A stretch of DNA of 64,000 nucleotides, from the NCBI GenBank assembly GCA_963738405.1, contig CAVTWJ010000019.1, forward strand, positions 32,001 through 96,000, read 5' to 3'. Shown in pieces: positions 36,702-47,413 of this stretch; positions within the stretch are counted from its first letter, which is position 1, and every line of letters begins with the position of its first letter. Made by a program: the position numbers and the translations under genes. The notes under the pieces were generated by a model that saw only the letters and a list, made by a program, of their open reading frames with translations, was not told where the DNA came from and did no database searches. Source of the stretch: a candidate division FCPU426 bacterium (GTDB taxonomy: Bacteria; Oederibacteriota; Muellerivitia; Muellerivitales; Muellerivitaceae).

Positions 36702-37229
36702 TTAGGCTTTGATCCGTCGGAACCGGGCGATATCTTCCGGAAGAATGTTCATCCAAAGCCTTAATTCCATCGGGTTTCCCTTCACCATGATTAACATGGC
36801 GGCTTGGGGATCCCTATCAGGCCAATCCGCCGGGATGGAAGGCTTGAGAACCACCGGGGTCATCCTCCGGCTATCCAACAAAAAATAACGCTTCGTAAAA
36901 AGATGCCAAAATAGAACCGTCATTTCTAAAAATATCTCGCCTTTATGGGGATGGTCCCCCTTTTGTTTTCGCTCGAACTCGTCCAAGAGATAGCGCCTGA
37001 AATTTTCGGAGGCCCTGAGAACCATAAGGCCTGAAACGGGTTCGGAAAAAAGAATCCCCTCCTCCAGCCCCATCGGAAGCAGTGTTTCCTGCGACCAAGG
37101 GATATATTCCCCGGTCAGATTGGCCCAACGGACCAGGAATTCATTGAAAAAATCGTAAAGATCTCGGGAGGTGGGAACCGTAAAAGAGGCGTTGTTCGTT
37201 TCTGAGGGCTCGGAGTTGTTTTCCGTCAT
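36702..37229 (-). CDS. Hypothetical protein, weakly CheX-like
   Basis: ILFSEPVSGLMVLR...EIFLEMTVL pattern; lies downstream of the chemotaxis genes. Confidence 0.5.
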   Translation of the reverse strand: MTENNSEPSETNNASFTVPTSRDLYDFFNEFLVRWANLTGEYIPWSQETLLPMGLEEGILFSEPVSGLMVLRASENFRRYLLDEFERKQKGDHPHKGEIFLEMTVLFWHLFTKRYFLLDSRRMTPVVLKPSIPADWPDRDPQAAMLIMVKGNPMELRLWMNILPEDIARFRRIKA

Positions 37230-37372
37230 AACCGTTCCAAATTCTTGATTTGACAATCAGAGGATATCAAGAAGAACAGTCCCAAACTAGACGTAGGCGT
37301 TGTGAAAATTTAGCGAAACTGGCTCCGGTTTTCCAAAGTTTGAAGCCCAACCCTCTCTTTTTTTGGGGGTAG

Positions 37373-38947
37373 TTATGAATTATTCAGCCGGATGACTTTC
37401 GTATCCTCGGTCCCTGTCTTTTCCGAGGACGTTTCACCCAGGGACCGGGGCGGGGGACTCGAATGGATAGGCTTTGCGGAAGCCGAAGCTCCTTGGGAAG
37501 GCGCGGCTGACGGGGCCGGAAGGGTTGAGGAAGCTCCCTCCATCAACTGGCCCAGCTGACGGGATAGCCCCTCCAGGGATCCTAACTGCTGGGTGAGCTG
37601 GCTGCCGGCGGTTACCGCCTTTTCACAGGCGGCGCTGTTGCGGGAAGTTGATTTTTCCACCCTTTCCAAAGCCTGGACAATGTCTTGGGTGCCCTTGGAT
37701 TGGTCATAGCAGCCCATTTCCAAAACGGTCAAAAGATCGGATATCTTTTTGGCCTTCTCACCCGCTTGGGTGAGGGTTCGGGCGGTCTCCTCCCCGGAGC
37801 GGAGGCCCTCGATAGCTTGGCGGGTATTTTCCCCGATCAATTGGGAGCTATCCCTCGCCACTTGGGCGCAACGTTGGGACAAATTACGGATTTCCTCAAC
37901 CACCACCACAAATTCTTTTCCCTGTTCCCCCGCCCGCACCGCCTCTACCCCGGCGTTCAAGGCCAGAATGTTGGTCTGGAAGGCGATGTCTTCCATCGTC
38001 TTCACGATATGGTGGATCTTTTCCGAATTGTCATTGAGCCCGCGCAAGTGGGCCGCGGCCCGGTCGGCGGACTCGGCGCCGTTCAACAGGGTGGAGCGGG
38101 TTTCCTCCATCAAATGCCGGGACCGTCCCGCTCCCTCGGTATTTTGCTGAGCCAAGGTTTGGGTTTGCTCCAGGGTGCCGGAAGACTGCTGAAGGATCCG
38201 GCCTTCCTCGTCCAGGCCGCTTTGAAGCTGAAGAAGCGTGGCCTGGGCCCTCTCGGCGGCAGGCAAGGCCTGGGCCGCCCCTCCCTGGATGCTCCGGGTC
38301 AGACCTAGGACGGGACGGTGGGAATTTCCTCCAATGAAAAGGGCTATGAAAAGGCCAAGAAGTAGCGCCCCACCGGCTCCCCCCACCATAAACTGAAAAC
38401 TGGAAGTGAATGTGTTTTGTATGAAATTCACTCCCGCTAGAATCTCTTTTTCCTTAATATCCTCCAGTTTCCTCAAGTTATCCGTGATGGGATTTAACGA
38501 GGGATACATAACACTGGTTGCCTGGATTTCCAATTGGCGCGAATCTTTATTGGAATAGGCTGTTTTCAAATCGTCCATGAAATGGTGATTCATGTTGAAG
38601 TTTGCATCGATGAGATTAGCCAGGAATTTTTCTTCCTTTGAAGGTTTGTCCATGGCCATATAGCTTTTCCAGTTATCTTCCGCGGTTTTTTCCGCGTCTT
38701 GAATAAGTTTTAATCCATCCTCCCAACTCCACCCAACCTCGATCCGGGTTCTTTGAACCGCTGCCGTCACATCCATCCCGAAGGCGTCGGAAACTTTCTT
38801 AAGGTGGTAAATGGCCGTGGCATCTCGGCAAATGTTTTGCTCCGTGTCAAAAATAGCCTTGGACTGTGTGACACAAAGTATGGCCGCAACGAATGCGCCC
38901 AAAATCATAATCCCGATACTGACAAACCAGCGGTCTTTCCATTTCAT
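37373..38947 (-). CDS. Methyl-accepting chemotaxis protein
   Basis: Two TM helices around a four-helix sensor; IAFQTNILALNAGVEAVRAGEQG signalling hairpin. Confidence 0.92.
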   Translation of the reverse strand: MKWKDRWFVSIGIMILGAFVAAILCVTQSKAIFDTEQNICRDATAIYHLKKVSDAFGMDVTAAVQRTRIEVGWSWEDGLKLIQDAEKTAEDNWKSYMAMDKPSKEEKFLANLIDANFNMNHHFMDDLKTAYSNKDSRQLEIQATSVMYPSLNPITDNLRKLEDIKEKEILAGVNFIQNTFTSSFQFMVGGAGGALLLGLFIALFIGGNSHRPVLGLTRSIQGGAAQALPAAERAQATLLQLQSGLDEEGRILQQSSGTLEQTQTLAQQNTEGAGRSRHLMEETRSTLLNGAESADRAAAHLRGLNDNSEKIHHIVKTMEDIAFQTNILALNAGVEAVRAGEQGKEFVVVVEEIRNLSQRCAQVARDSSQLIGENTRQAIEGLRSGEETARTLTQAGEKAKKISDLLTVLEMGCYDQSKGTQDIVQALERVEKSTSRNSAACEKAVTAGSQLTQQLGSLEGLSRQLGQLMEGASSTLPAPSAAPSQGASASAKPIHSSPPPRSLGETSSEKTGTEDTKVIRLNNS

Positions 38948-38973
38948 CTTTCGCCTCGATCCCGCGAACCTTC

Positions 38974-39462
38974 TCAGCCCGCGAGGTTTTTTAATTCCTG
39001 CTTCTCCCCCTCAAAACTTTCCGGAGCGGACAAAACCCGGTCCAGGTTCAGCACATAAACCGCCTCGTCCCCCCGGATGAACATGGAGGTCAAAAAACCG
39101 CTCGGGATATCCGAAACCGGGGCGGTCAGGGGTTTCAACTCGGCCGAAGGAACCCTGATCATTTCCACCATCGCGTCCACCCACAGGGCAATCACCTTTC
39201 CCGGTTCCCCCGATTGGACGGCGATGAAGGAATTGGGGCCTTCCCGGTGAACCGGAGGCAGGGCGAAGGCGGTTCTTAAATCCAAAACCGGCATCGTCCT
39301 TCCCCGAGATTGGAGAAACCCCTGCGATTGGCCGCTGACGTAAAGGGGTTGGAGGTCCACTCCCCCCAGGATCTCCCGGATCCTGACCGCGTCGATGGCG
39401 AATAGGACTCCCGCCAAACGAAATATGACCCCGTTAAAATCCACCACCGGTCTAATCTCCAT
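38974..39462 (-). CDS. cheW: Chemotaxis adaptor CheW
   Basis: FAIDAVRIREI, RGRTMPVLDLR, ALWVDAM motifs. Confidence 0.85.
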   Translation of the reverse strand: MEIRPVVDFNGVIFRLAGVLFAIDAVRIREILGGVDLQPLYVSGQSQGFLQSRGRTMPVLDLRTAFALPPVHREGPNSFIAVQSGEPGKVIALWVDAMVEMIRVPSAELKPLTAPVSDIPSGFLTSMFIRGDEAVYVLNLDRVLSAPESFEGEKQELKNLAG

Positions 39463-41515
39463 GGAGGGTTCCTTTCATCGGCTTTTCGCCGTTTTGTTCC
39501 CGCAGGAGGGAGGCGATATCCAAAATCCATCCCGTCGTCCCGTCCGCGAGCAGGGCTTCAGCCCTTAGTCCCGCGGGAACCGAATTTCCCTCCGGGTTGT
39601 TTTTGACCAACACCTGTTGTTTCCCCGTGACCTCATCCACCAGCAAACGGGCCTGCTGGAAACCGGCCTCCACTCGGACGGCCAGTGGGGAACTGGGGCT
39701 GCCCGTCGTCCCCCCGAAATACCGGGCCAAATCCATTTCAGGAATAACTTCGTCGGCGGAGGGTTTTCCCGTCTTGGCGCCGGATTCGATCTTCAAGGTT
39801 TGCGCTACTGGAATCAGGTAATGCTTTCCGGCGGCTTTCACCACCCATCCATCCATCAGGGCGAGGGATCGGGGAATTTTTAGGGTGAATCGGCAACCCT
39901 GTCCGGGGCGGCCCTCCACCCGGACTGACCCCAAAAGAGATTCCATTTTTCGGCGGACGGTGTCCAAGCCCCGGTGAGCACCGTCGGGTCCGGATTCTTT
40001 CAAGGCGAAACCGGGTTTAAAAATAAACTCCAACAACCGGGAGGGTGAAATCTTGTCCTGGCCTAACCAGCCCAACTCCAAGGCTCTTTGCCTAATTGGT
40101 TCCGGGTTGAGCCCGCGGCCATCGTCCTCCACTTCCAGGAGAAAGGCCCCATTTTGATGGCTGGCCCTTATCAGGAGTTTTCCTTCCAACCGCTTTCCGA
40201 GAGCGCGGCGTTCCGCCGGACTTTCGAACCCATGATCTATCGCGTTTTCAATCAGTTGGGTCAGGGGCTCCTTCAACTCTGGAAGGAGTCTTTGATCCAC
40301 CTCAATCCCAGCCCCCTCCACAGTTATTTCAACCATCAGGTTCCTCCGCCGGGCAAGGGCTCCGGCCTGCTGGGCGGTTTGGGCTAGGAGGGATTCCACG
40401 GGCGACATTCCCAGGGATAAAAACCCGTCCCTCAAACGCATCGTGGCTTTTTGAAGATGGGCCACCTCCGCCAGGCCCTGGGGACGGGCGTGGTTGCGAT
40501 AGTCGTCCAATATCCGGTTTTGAGCGAGAACCAAATCCACCAGGTCCTGATAGAGGCCGTCCAGTTGCTGATGGGGAATCCGCTTGGTCCCCCCCGGGGG
40601 GGGAAGTCCGAACTCCGTTTCAGGGGCCAAATGGAGCCCGTCGCCCTCCTCTTTCGGGGCCGCCGGGGTTGGAAGGGCTTTCATTTTTTCCAAGAGGCTC
40701 AAGGAATCCAAAACCGTAACGGCCAGAAGCTCAAGGCCCTCCTCCACTTGGGCGGTTTGGGCCCTCATAAAGGAAAGGCTTTGGGAAATTCCGTCTTTTA
40801 AATCATCCGTCACGGTTAAATGTCCGCCCATCAGCGGGTCCAGATGCTTTTCTATTTCGCGTCCCAACCGCCAGACATCTAAGAATCCCAAAAATCCGAA
40901 CTGGGTTCTCAATTCATGGAGCGTCCGATACAGGAAGGAAACGTCCGATTTATTTCCCGTGGCAAGCTCGGCGAGCTGGGACTGCGCCTCCTCCAAACGG
41001 CCGGAAACATCCAAAAGGAAGATCTGAAAGAAACCGCTATCCTCGGACCTAATATTCATTTGCGGGCGCTGGGCGGAGGGGAAAGAAGGGATCAGGGGTG
41101 CGGCTGGAGAGGTTTTTCGGTATATTTCTGCCTTTCGGATGTTTCTGCGGAAGGGTTGAGGTGAATCCGTTTCTTTTTCTCGTTTAGATGAGGAAATATG
41201 TTGGTCCTGCTCCAGCAATCGGTGGGTTTGAAGCAGCAGCCTTAAGAATTTTTCCATGACCTGAGCCACGGGGGCTCTGTTTTTCAAGTGGAGGACGAAT
41301 TCCTGGGCTTGAGCGTGGTGGTTTTCACATCCGGCGACCCCTGCGGAAAGGGCGCGCTGGGTCCAATCCCTGAAACTCAAGACAAGGTCCATCACCTGAT
41401 TGAAATCTTTCAGGTTCGCCTGAATCGCCCTTTGACTCAAAGCGTTCAAGCTTTGGTTAAGTTCCTCGGCGGAACCGGGCTTGGATGAAAGTTCCTGCAA
41501 AGTGGAAGGATCCAT
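39452..41515 (-). CDS. cheA: CheA-like chemotaxis histidine kinase (divergent)
   Basis: Hpt LYRTLHELR, NAIDHGFE, EDDGRGL, IFKPGF, C-terminal CheW-like domain. Confidence 0.85.
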   Translation of the reverse strand: MDPSTLQELSSKPGSAEELNQSLNALSQRAIQANLKDFNQVMDLVLSFRDWTQRALSAGVAGCENHHAQAQEFVLHLKNRAPVAQVMEKFLRLLLQTHRLLEQDQHISSSKREKETDSPQPFRRNIRKAEIYRKTSPAAPLIPSFPSAQRPQMNIRSEDSGFFQIFLLDVSGRLEEAQSQLAELATGNKSDVSFLYRTLHELRTQFGFLGFLDVWRLGREIEKHLDPLMGGHLTVTDDLKDGISQSLSFMRAQTAQVEEGLELLAVTVLDSLSLLEKMKALPTPAAPKEEGDGLHLAPETEFGLPPPGGTKRIPHQQLDGLYQDLVDLVLAQNRILDDYRNHARPQGLAEVAHLQKATMRLRDGFLSLGMSPVESLLAQTAQQAGALARRRNLMVEITVEGAGIEVDQRLLPELKEPLTQLIENAIDHGFESPAERRALGKRLEGKLLIRASHQNGAFLLEVEDDGRGLNPEPIRQRALELGWLGQDKISPSRLLEFIFKPGFALKESGPDGAHRGLDTVRRKMESLLGSVRVEGRPGQGCRFTLKIPRSLALMDGWVVKAAGKHYLIPVAQTLKIESGAKTGKPSADEVIPEMDLARYFGGTTGSPSSPLAVRVEAGFQQARLLVDEVTGKQQVLVKNNPEGNSVPAGLRAEALLADGTTGWILDIASLLREQNGEKPMKGTLHGD

Positions 41516-41732
41516 AAACCGCGCTTTTTCGGATGAGTGGGTAGAATCGCACAAGGCGGGAATCGAATGATTCCTCTTACGCCCATTGAAGGTAACGATT
41601 TAGGGAGTATTAAAAGGATGAAAAGAAGCGGCGCGATTTCAGACTTGAAAATGCCGTGTAAATTATCTTGGGGTGAAAATCGAAAGACAGATCAATAAAC
41701 GATGATGCGTTAAAGCCGACATGTTTAAAAAT

Positions 41733-42557
41733 TTAGGAGGTTACCCGTCGGGCCTGCTCGGGATTGACCAGCGGCCAACCCCAATAGGATTCCCCCAGGA
41801 TGGTTTGGATGACCTTGGCTCCCTCGATGAGGCGGGGAACGGGGTAATTTAAAAGCGAGGAATCAACGGTAAAGATACGGCGCTTCCGCACCGCGAAAAG
41901 ATCCTCCCAGCCGATTCGCTTGAGGGCCTCGGCAGGATCAAATTCCAATCCATGGCCGTAAATGGAAAATACGATAATTTCCGGGTCAAATCGGATCACT
42001 TCCTGAACCCGTACTTCCCGGCTGATTTCCCTTGGAAGAATGGGGAAATAGTGGGCCCCCAAATTGGCCATCAAGTCGGGCCACCATCCCCCGGCTACGG
42101 AAGGGGGTTTATTCCACTCCTCGCAATAAAGTTTGGGACGGTAGGCGTTATAAGGTATCTTTTCCCTTAAAGCCGTCAATCCCCCCGAAAAATCTCGGGC
42201 CAATTCCCGGCCCCTGTCATTCTCGCCCACGGCCTTCCCGATTTGGAAAAACAAATCCTCCACATCCCGAAGAGTTCTTGGGTCCAAGTGCAGGACAGGA
42301 AAGCCTTTTTCTTTCAGCCTTTTATGAAGATCCTGTTGGGCTACGGATAGGGTGATGACTAGGTCGGCTTTCTGGCTGAGGGCCCTTCCCGCGGCCATGG
42401 AGAACCAATACTCCGGTTTCTGGCGGTCCGATTGGAGCGGAAAATCCTCATAATATTCCTTAAGGGTTGTCACATGGTCGGACAGGCCCATGTAATCGAG
42501 AATATCCGTGATGGGCTGGGCCAAAGAAAGAATCCGCTTGGGATTGTTTTGTTTCAT
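41733..42557 (-). CDS. Cobalamin/Fe-siderophore-type (helical backbone) substrate-binding protein
   Basis: RILSLA, YCEEWNKPP..AGGW, DPEII, PRLIEG motifs; no signal peptide. Confidence 0.8.
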   Translation of the reverse strand: MKQNNPKRILSLAQPITDILDYMGLSDHVTTLKEYYEDFPLQSDRQKPEYWFSMAAGRALSQKADLVITLSVAQQDLHKRLKEKGFPVLHLDPRTLRDVEDLFFQIGKAVGENDRGRELARDFSGGLTALREKIPYNAYRPKLYCEEWNKPPSVAGGWWPDLMANLGAHYFPILPREISREVRVQEVIRFDPEIIVFSIYGHGLEFDPAEALKRIGWEDLFAVRKRRIFTVDSSLLNYPVPRLIEGAKVIQTILGESYWGWPLVNPEQARRVTS

Positions 42558-42694
42558 GAAAACGAGTGTAGGGGATGGAGGCTCTTCATTTCTAGTAAAT
42601 TTGCCGAATTAAAGGGCATGGGACTCACCTTTCTCCGTCCCGCGAATAGACTTTTGGATCAAAGGGTTAAAATTTTTGGAACCAAGTCAAAGTT

Positions 42695-43363
42695 CTATTT
42701 GTAAAGAAAGACCGTGATATCCATTGGGTGGTAGTGATCCAAAAGATGAACACGGGAAGGGCCAAGTTTCCTGCAGAAAGAAACCAATTTCTTTGGGTGG
42801 GCGCTAAAACGGTCCGGCTCGCGTAAATCGGCCTCGGCGTTCAAAACATTGAAAGCCACCGCTCGTCGGCTTTGCTTCAAGGCGCATTTCAAAAGGGCCC
42901 GCATATACCGCCAATTGTCCTTAACTCTCACGTTGAAAACGCCTGAAAGAAAGACATCGTCAAAACTGCGGGGAGGATAGGGTCGAGCCAAAAGAACCCG
43001 GCTTTCGAACTGAACCCCTGGGTGGTGTATTCGGGCATCCTCAATAATCGGGGGAAACAGGTCCACCCCCCAATAATCCACCGCTATTCCTTGTTTCTTT
43101 AAAAAACCATAAAACCCTCCCAAACCGCAGCCAATGTCCAAAACCTTTTTGCCCTCCAGGGGGCCCACCAAAGCCAAGGCTTCGAAACGCACCCTCTGGC
43201 TTTTGGCCGTCAGCCAACCCACCCTTTTTTCGGGCAGAACGTGGCGGATCCTTTGGGCGGAATAATAACTTTCAAGGTTTCTTAAATCGTTCCGGGAAAA
43301 CCCGGGAAAATCTTTTACCTGAAAAGAGGGCTGGGAGCCCTTAAGGGCCAGAATTTTTTTCAT
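42695..43363 (-). CDS. Class I SAM-dependent methyltransferase
   Basis: VLDIGCGLG, GVDL, SGVFN, VAFN motifs. Confidence 0.88.
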   Translation of the reverse strand: MKKILALKGSQPSFQVKDFPGFSRNDLRNLESYYSAQRIRHVLPEKRVGWLTAKSQRVRFEALALVGPLEGKKVLDIGCGLGGFYGFLKKQGIAVDYWGVDLFPPIIEDARIHHPGVQFESRVLLARPYPPRSFDDVFLSGVFNVRVKDNWRYMRALLKCALKQSRRAVAFNVLNAEADLREPDRFSAHPKKLVSFCRKLGPSRVHLLDHYHPMDITVFLYK

Positions 43364-43398
43364 AGGTTTTCGAGAGGGGGTATGGGAGGCAGAGGATT

Positions 43399-44232
43399 TC
43401 AAGCCAGGGTTCCCTCGAAAAAACGGACGGTTTTTTGGGCCGCCTCGACCAGCACCCCGGTGGGGTGGTGGAAGGGATGGACGCAATTGAACTTATGGTC
43501 CGCCCCGGCCAGGATGGCCAGCTGGGCCGTCGGTTTCACCGCCGCCAGGCTCTCCGATTCCTCGGGAGTCACGCTGGTATCCTCCGAACCATGGAGTAGA
43601 AGCACCGGCGGAGTCAAATGGTGGAGAAAAGTGGGAACATCCCCTTCCCGGCCCCAGGACTCCACATCATCCAGAAAAGCAGTGCCGTAGGTCAGGATTT
43701 GTCCCGTGCGATTACTCTCGACCGCAAAATACCCCGACTTCCGCCAGGATTGTTTGGCTTCGAAAAAATAACGGTTCACCCGCGCGATACCAGCCCAGCA
43801 GGCCACCCCCGCCGTCTCAGGGATTCGGCCCGCGGCCAAGAGGCAGACGCCCGCCCCCCGGGAATGGCCCCAGAGGAAAACCTTGGGCTGGGGGGAAAGA
43901 TCGGGATGGAGGACCCCCTGCATCGCGGCCGTGGAGATGCTTCTTAAATCTTCCACTTGGCGGGTAATGGAGTCTGCTTGGAAGGCCTCGGGTTCAATGA
44001 AAGGTCCGTCCTTGGATGAACCCATTCCCGATCCAGAGAAATTAAACCGCAGCACGGGAAAACCGGCCTGGTTGAAAAACTCCGCTACCCAGGGGAAAAA
44101 AGACCAGTCTTTGAATCCTAAAAAACCGTGGGTCATGATGATGAGGGGATACTTGGGCGCCGGGGGCAAGCTCAGGGTGGCCCAAAGGGGGCGGTTGTCG
44201 GCCCCATCCACTCGCAGGTCCAAGCTTTCCAT
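43399..44232 (-). CDS. Alpha/beta hydrolase
   Basis: HGFLGFKDW, GHSRG nucleophile elbow, HGSED, GADH. Confidence 0.9.
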   Translation of the reverse strand: MESLDLRVDGADNRPLWATLSLPPAPKYPLIIMTHGFLGFKDWSFFPWVAEFFNQAGFPVLRFNFSGSGMGSSKDGPFIEPEAFQADSITRQVEDLRSISTAAMQGVLHPDLSPQPKVFLWGHSRGAGVCLLAAGRIPETAGVACWAGIARVNRYFFEAKQSWRKSGYFAVESNRTGQILTYGTAFLDDVESWGREGDVPTFLHHLTPPVLLLHGSEDTSVTPEESESLAAVKPTAQLAILAGADHKFNCVHPFHHPTGVLVEAAQKTVRFFEGTLA

Positions 44233-44254
44233 CCAACGCCCCCTAAGCCGTCTG

Positions 44255-44671
44255 TTATTTCTTTTTTAAAAGGTCCCTGATTTCCGTCAGCAATACCTCT
44301 TGCGGGGTGGGCGCGGGCGGCGCGGCGGGTGCCTCCGCCTGCTTTTTGTGCATTTGGTTGATGGCCTTTACCATCAGGAATACCGCGAAAGCGATGATCG
44401 TGAAATCGACTAGGGATTGAATGAAATTGCCGATATTGATCGTCACTTCCTGCGCCGCCCTCCCGGCCAAATCGATGGCGGGGGCCTTCAGGTGGATCTT
44501 AATGTCCGTGAAATTGATCCCGCCGATCAAATAGCCCAGGGGCGGCATGAGGATGTCCGAAACGATGGAGGATACCACTTTCCCGAAGGCGCCCCCGATG
44601 ATGATACCGACCGCCAAATCGACCATGTTTCCCTTCACCGCGAATTCTTTAAACTCTTGCATCATGCCCAT
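44255..44671 (-). CDS. mscL: Large-conductance mechanosensitive channel
   Basis: EFKEFAVKGNMVDLAVGIIIGGAF...LLTEIRDLL. Confidence 0.97.
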   Translation of the reverse strand: MGMMQEFKEFAVKGNMVDLAVGIIIGGAFGKVVSSIVSDILMPPLGYLIGGINFTDIKIHLKAPAIDLAGRAAQEVTINIGNFIQSLVDFTIIAFAVFLMVKAINQMHKKQAEAPAAPPAPTPQEVLLTEIRDLLKKK

Positions 44672-44708
44672 AGGATCTCCTCCCAAATCAATTTGAACGC
44701 GGCCAAGA

Positions 44709-45206
44709 TCAAGCCTTGTTTCCAGAATTTTCTAGAATATAACCGTAAAACCCCGGGCTGTGGGGCTCGCCTCCGGCTTTTTTGATGGCCGTAACAATTT
44801 GGCCCCGGTGGTAGGTGGAGTGGTCGAAAACATGGGTGAGGATTCCCCCCACCGGCGCCTGGTAGGCTTGACCCTTGGTGTTTTTGTAAGAGATGATTTT
44901 TCCAAAATCCGAGTCGCTGAGATGGTTGAGGCATTCACTCCATCTTTTCCCCAGTTCTAAGAGCTTTTCCCTGCATTCGGGGATGGTCCGTTCCGGCCAG
45001 GGGGTTATGAACCGCGAAAAATCTTCTTGTAAGAGCCTTGCGAGCCAAACATCCTCCGCGAAAAGAATATGGGATATCCTTCCGAGGGCTGTGGGGTCCG
45101 GGGTCGGCAGGGTCTCAAGGTCTTTGATTAACATTTCCATGGCCCACTGGTCATAGGCCAATAATCTTTTGAAATGATCCACTAGTGAAGAATTGAAAGT
45201 CAGCAT
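44709..45206 (-). CDS. DinB family protein
   Basis: Y..WA, HI...E..W, HVFDHSTYHRGQI. Confidence 0.92.
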   Translation of the reverse strand: MLTFNSSLVDHFKRLLAYDQWAMEMLIKDLETLPTPDPTALGRISHILFAEDVWLARLLQEDFSRFITPWPERTIPECREKLLELGKRWSECLNHLSDSDFGKIISYKNTKGQAYQAPVGGILTHVFDHSTYHRGQIVTAIKKAGGEPHSPGFYGYILENSGNKA

Positions 45207-45224
45207 TTCGCCTCCTCCTTATCT

Positions 45225-47351
45225 TTATTTCAAAAGCTCCAGAACCTTTTTCTCGTCGGTCGTTGGCAGTTGGCACTGGTAATTCCGGCACACATAAACT
45301 GTAGGTCTGCCCCCTTGGGCGGCTCGGCCCTCGGCCCAGGGAATAAGAGGGGTCAAACCCTTCACTTGGTTCTCCTCGGCGAACACCAAAACCTTGCCGG
45401 GAATGAAATTTTTCCATAACAAACGGAGCATTTCGTCCGATTCTTTCCGCGGCCCCACCACAAAAATTTCCGCCGGGCCGTAGTCATCAAACTGAAAGGC
45501 CTGAAGCATCTGGGGATAATTGACCGCACCCTGGGATAGCAGGACGGAAAAGGCCTTGAGGATGGAATCGGCCCGGTCCCGGTATTGTTTGTCCCCCGTG
45601 AACTCCGCCAGCCGGTAAAGGCTAAGGGCCGCGAGCGAATTTCCCGAAGGGATCACCCCGTCGTGGGAATCCTTGGTGCGAGCCAGAAGCCTATTGGCGT
45701 CTTTTTGGTCGCTTCCCGTGAAGAAATACCCGCCGTTATTTTCATCCCAAAACAGACGGGCCATATCTTTCTCAAGATCGAGTGCCTTTTCTAAGTAAGA
45801 AGTCTTAAAGGTGCTTTCGTACAGATCCAGTTGCGCCGCCTGGTAGAAGGCGTAGTCGTCGATGTAGCCCTGGATTTCGGAAGGCCCCTGCCGGTAGGAA
45901 GCCAACAACCTTCCATTTTTAAAAAGATTTTTTTCAATGAAATCGGACGCCTTTTCAGCGGCCTTGAGATAAGACTCATCCCCTAATATTTGGTAGCCGT
46001 AGCAGAGGGAGGAAATCATCAGGCTGTTCCAGGCCGTGAGGATCTTGTCGTCCAAATGGGGCCGAATCCGCTTGGAACGCTCCGCCAAGACTTTGTTTCT
46101 GGCCCCTTCCCACCACTTTTCATCCTTGCCCAGTGTCTTCAAAGCTTCGGGCAAGGGCCCTTTCAAGTGAAGGATATTCTGCCCCTCGAAATTTCCTCCC
46201 TCGGTAGCGCCGTAGAGTTTGCAAAATGCCAAACCGTCCTCATCTCCCAGGATTCGTTTCAATTCGGAGGGGGTCCAGACGTAAAACTTGCCTTCTTCGC
46301 CCTCGCTGTCGGCATCCTCGGCGCTGTAAAAGCCTCCCATTGAGTCCGTCATATCCCTGAAGAGATAAGTGAATATTTCCCGCGCCACCCGGGCATATTC
46401 CTCTTTCCCCGTCACCTGATAGGCCTCCAGGTAGGCCCGGGAAAGAAGCGAATTATCGTAGAGCATCTTCTCAAAATGGGGCACCAGCCATTTGTCGTCG
46501 GTGGAATAGCGGGCGAACCCGCCTCCCACCTGGTCGTAAATGCCGCCTTGGGACATCTTGTCCAAAGTGACTTCCACCAAGGGCAGGATTTCCTTGTCGC
46601 CGGTTTTCCGGTAAAGGCGAAGGAGAAATTGGATTGCCATGGCGGGGGGAAACTTCGGCGCCCCCCTAAAACCTCCATCGTGGGGGTCGAAACCCGATTC
46701 CAACTGCTCCCGGGCCATATCGAGAAGCTGTTCATTTAAGACGCCTCCGGAGGTGTTGGCGCCGGGCCGGGAAATCACAGAGGCAAGCTGTTGCCCGGCC
46801 TTCTCAATTTCCTCCGGCTTGGCGTGCCAGGCTCGGTTAACATCCTCCAAAACGGAAGGAAATCCCGGGCGCCCATAGCGGGCATCGGGAGCGAAGTAGG
46901 TTCCGCCGTAGAAGGGCTTCAAGTCGGGCGTCAGAAAAAGGTTCAGGGGCCATCCACCCTGACCGGTCAAGAGCATCACGGCGTTCATGTAAATCTGGTC
47001 CACGTCCGGGCGTTCCTCCCGGTCCACCTTAATGCAGACGAAATGCTCGTTCATGATCTTGGCGATGGACTCGTTCTCGAAACTTTCCCGCTCCATCACG
47101 TGGCACCAATGGCAGGTGGAATAGCCGATCGAGAGAAAGATGGGCTTGTTTTCTTTCTTGGCCTTCTCGAAGGCCTCCTCCCCCCAGGGATACCAGTCCA
47201 CGGGGTTATGGGCGTGCTGAAGCAGGTAGGGGCTCTTCTCGTGAATGAGCCGGTTGGTGTATTTAAATGTTTCCTGGTTTGACGCCGAGTGCATCCCGCA
47301 GCCTCCCAACAAGAGTGAGCCGAAAAGACCAATCCAAACAACGCATTTCAT
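45225..47351 (-). CDS. Thioredoxin-domain YyaL/SPATA20 family protein
   Basis: [39 protein letters not shown]; possible lipobox LGGC. Confidence 0.93.
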   Translation of the reverse strand: MKCVVWIGLFGSLLLGGCGMHSASNQETFKYTNRLIHEKSPYLLQHAHNPVDWYPWGEEAFEKAKKENKPIFLSIGYSTCHWCHVMERESFENESIAKIMNEHFVCIKVDREERPDVDQIYMNAVMLLTGQGGWPLNLFLTPDLKPFYGGTYFAPDARYGRPGFPSVLEDVNRAWHAKPEEIEKAGQQLASVISRPGANTSGGVLNEQLLDMAREQLESGFDPHDGGFRGAPKFPPAMAIQFLLRLYRKTGDKEILPLVEVTLDKMSQGGIYDQVGGGFARYSTDDKWLVPHFEKMLYDNSLLSRAYLEAYQVTGKEEYARVAREIFTYLFRDMTDSMGGFYSAEDADSEGEEGKFYVWTPSELKRILGDEDGLAFCKLYGATEGGNFEGQNILHLKGPLPEALKTLGKDEKWWEGARNKVLAERSKRIRPHLDDKILTAWNSLMISSLCYGYQILGDESYLKAAEKASDFIEKNLFKNGRLLASYRQGPSEIQGYIDDYAFYQAAQLDLYESTFKTSYLEKALDLEKDMARLFWDENNGGYFFTGSDQKDANRLLARTKDSHDGVIPSGNSLAALSLYRLAEFTGDKQYRDRADSILKAFSVLLSQGAVNYPQMLQAFQFDDYGPAEIFVVGPRKESDEMLRLLWKNFIPGKVLVFAEENQVKGLTPLIPWAEGRAAQGGRPTVYVCRNYQCQLPTTDEKKVLELLK

Positions 47352-47413
47352 GGGGACCCAGCTTGGAGGAAAAGGCGCTCCACTATCAACCCCATTTGGA
47401 CAACTTTTCGGAT

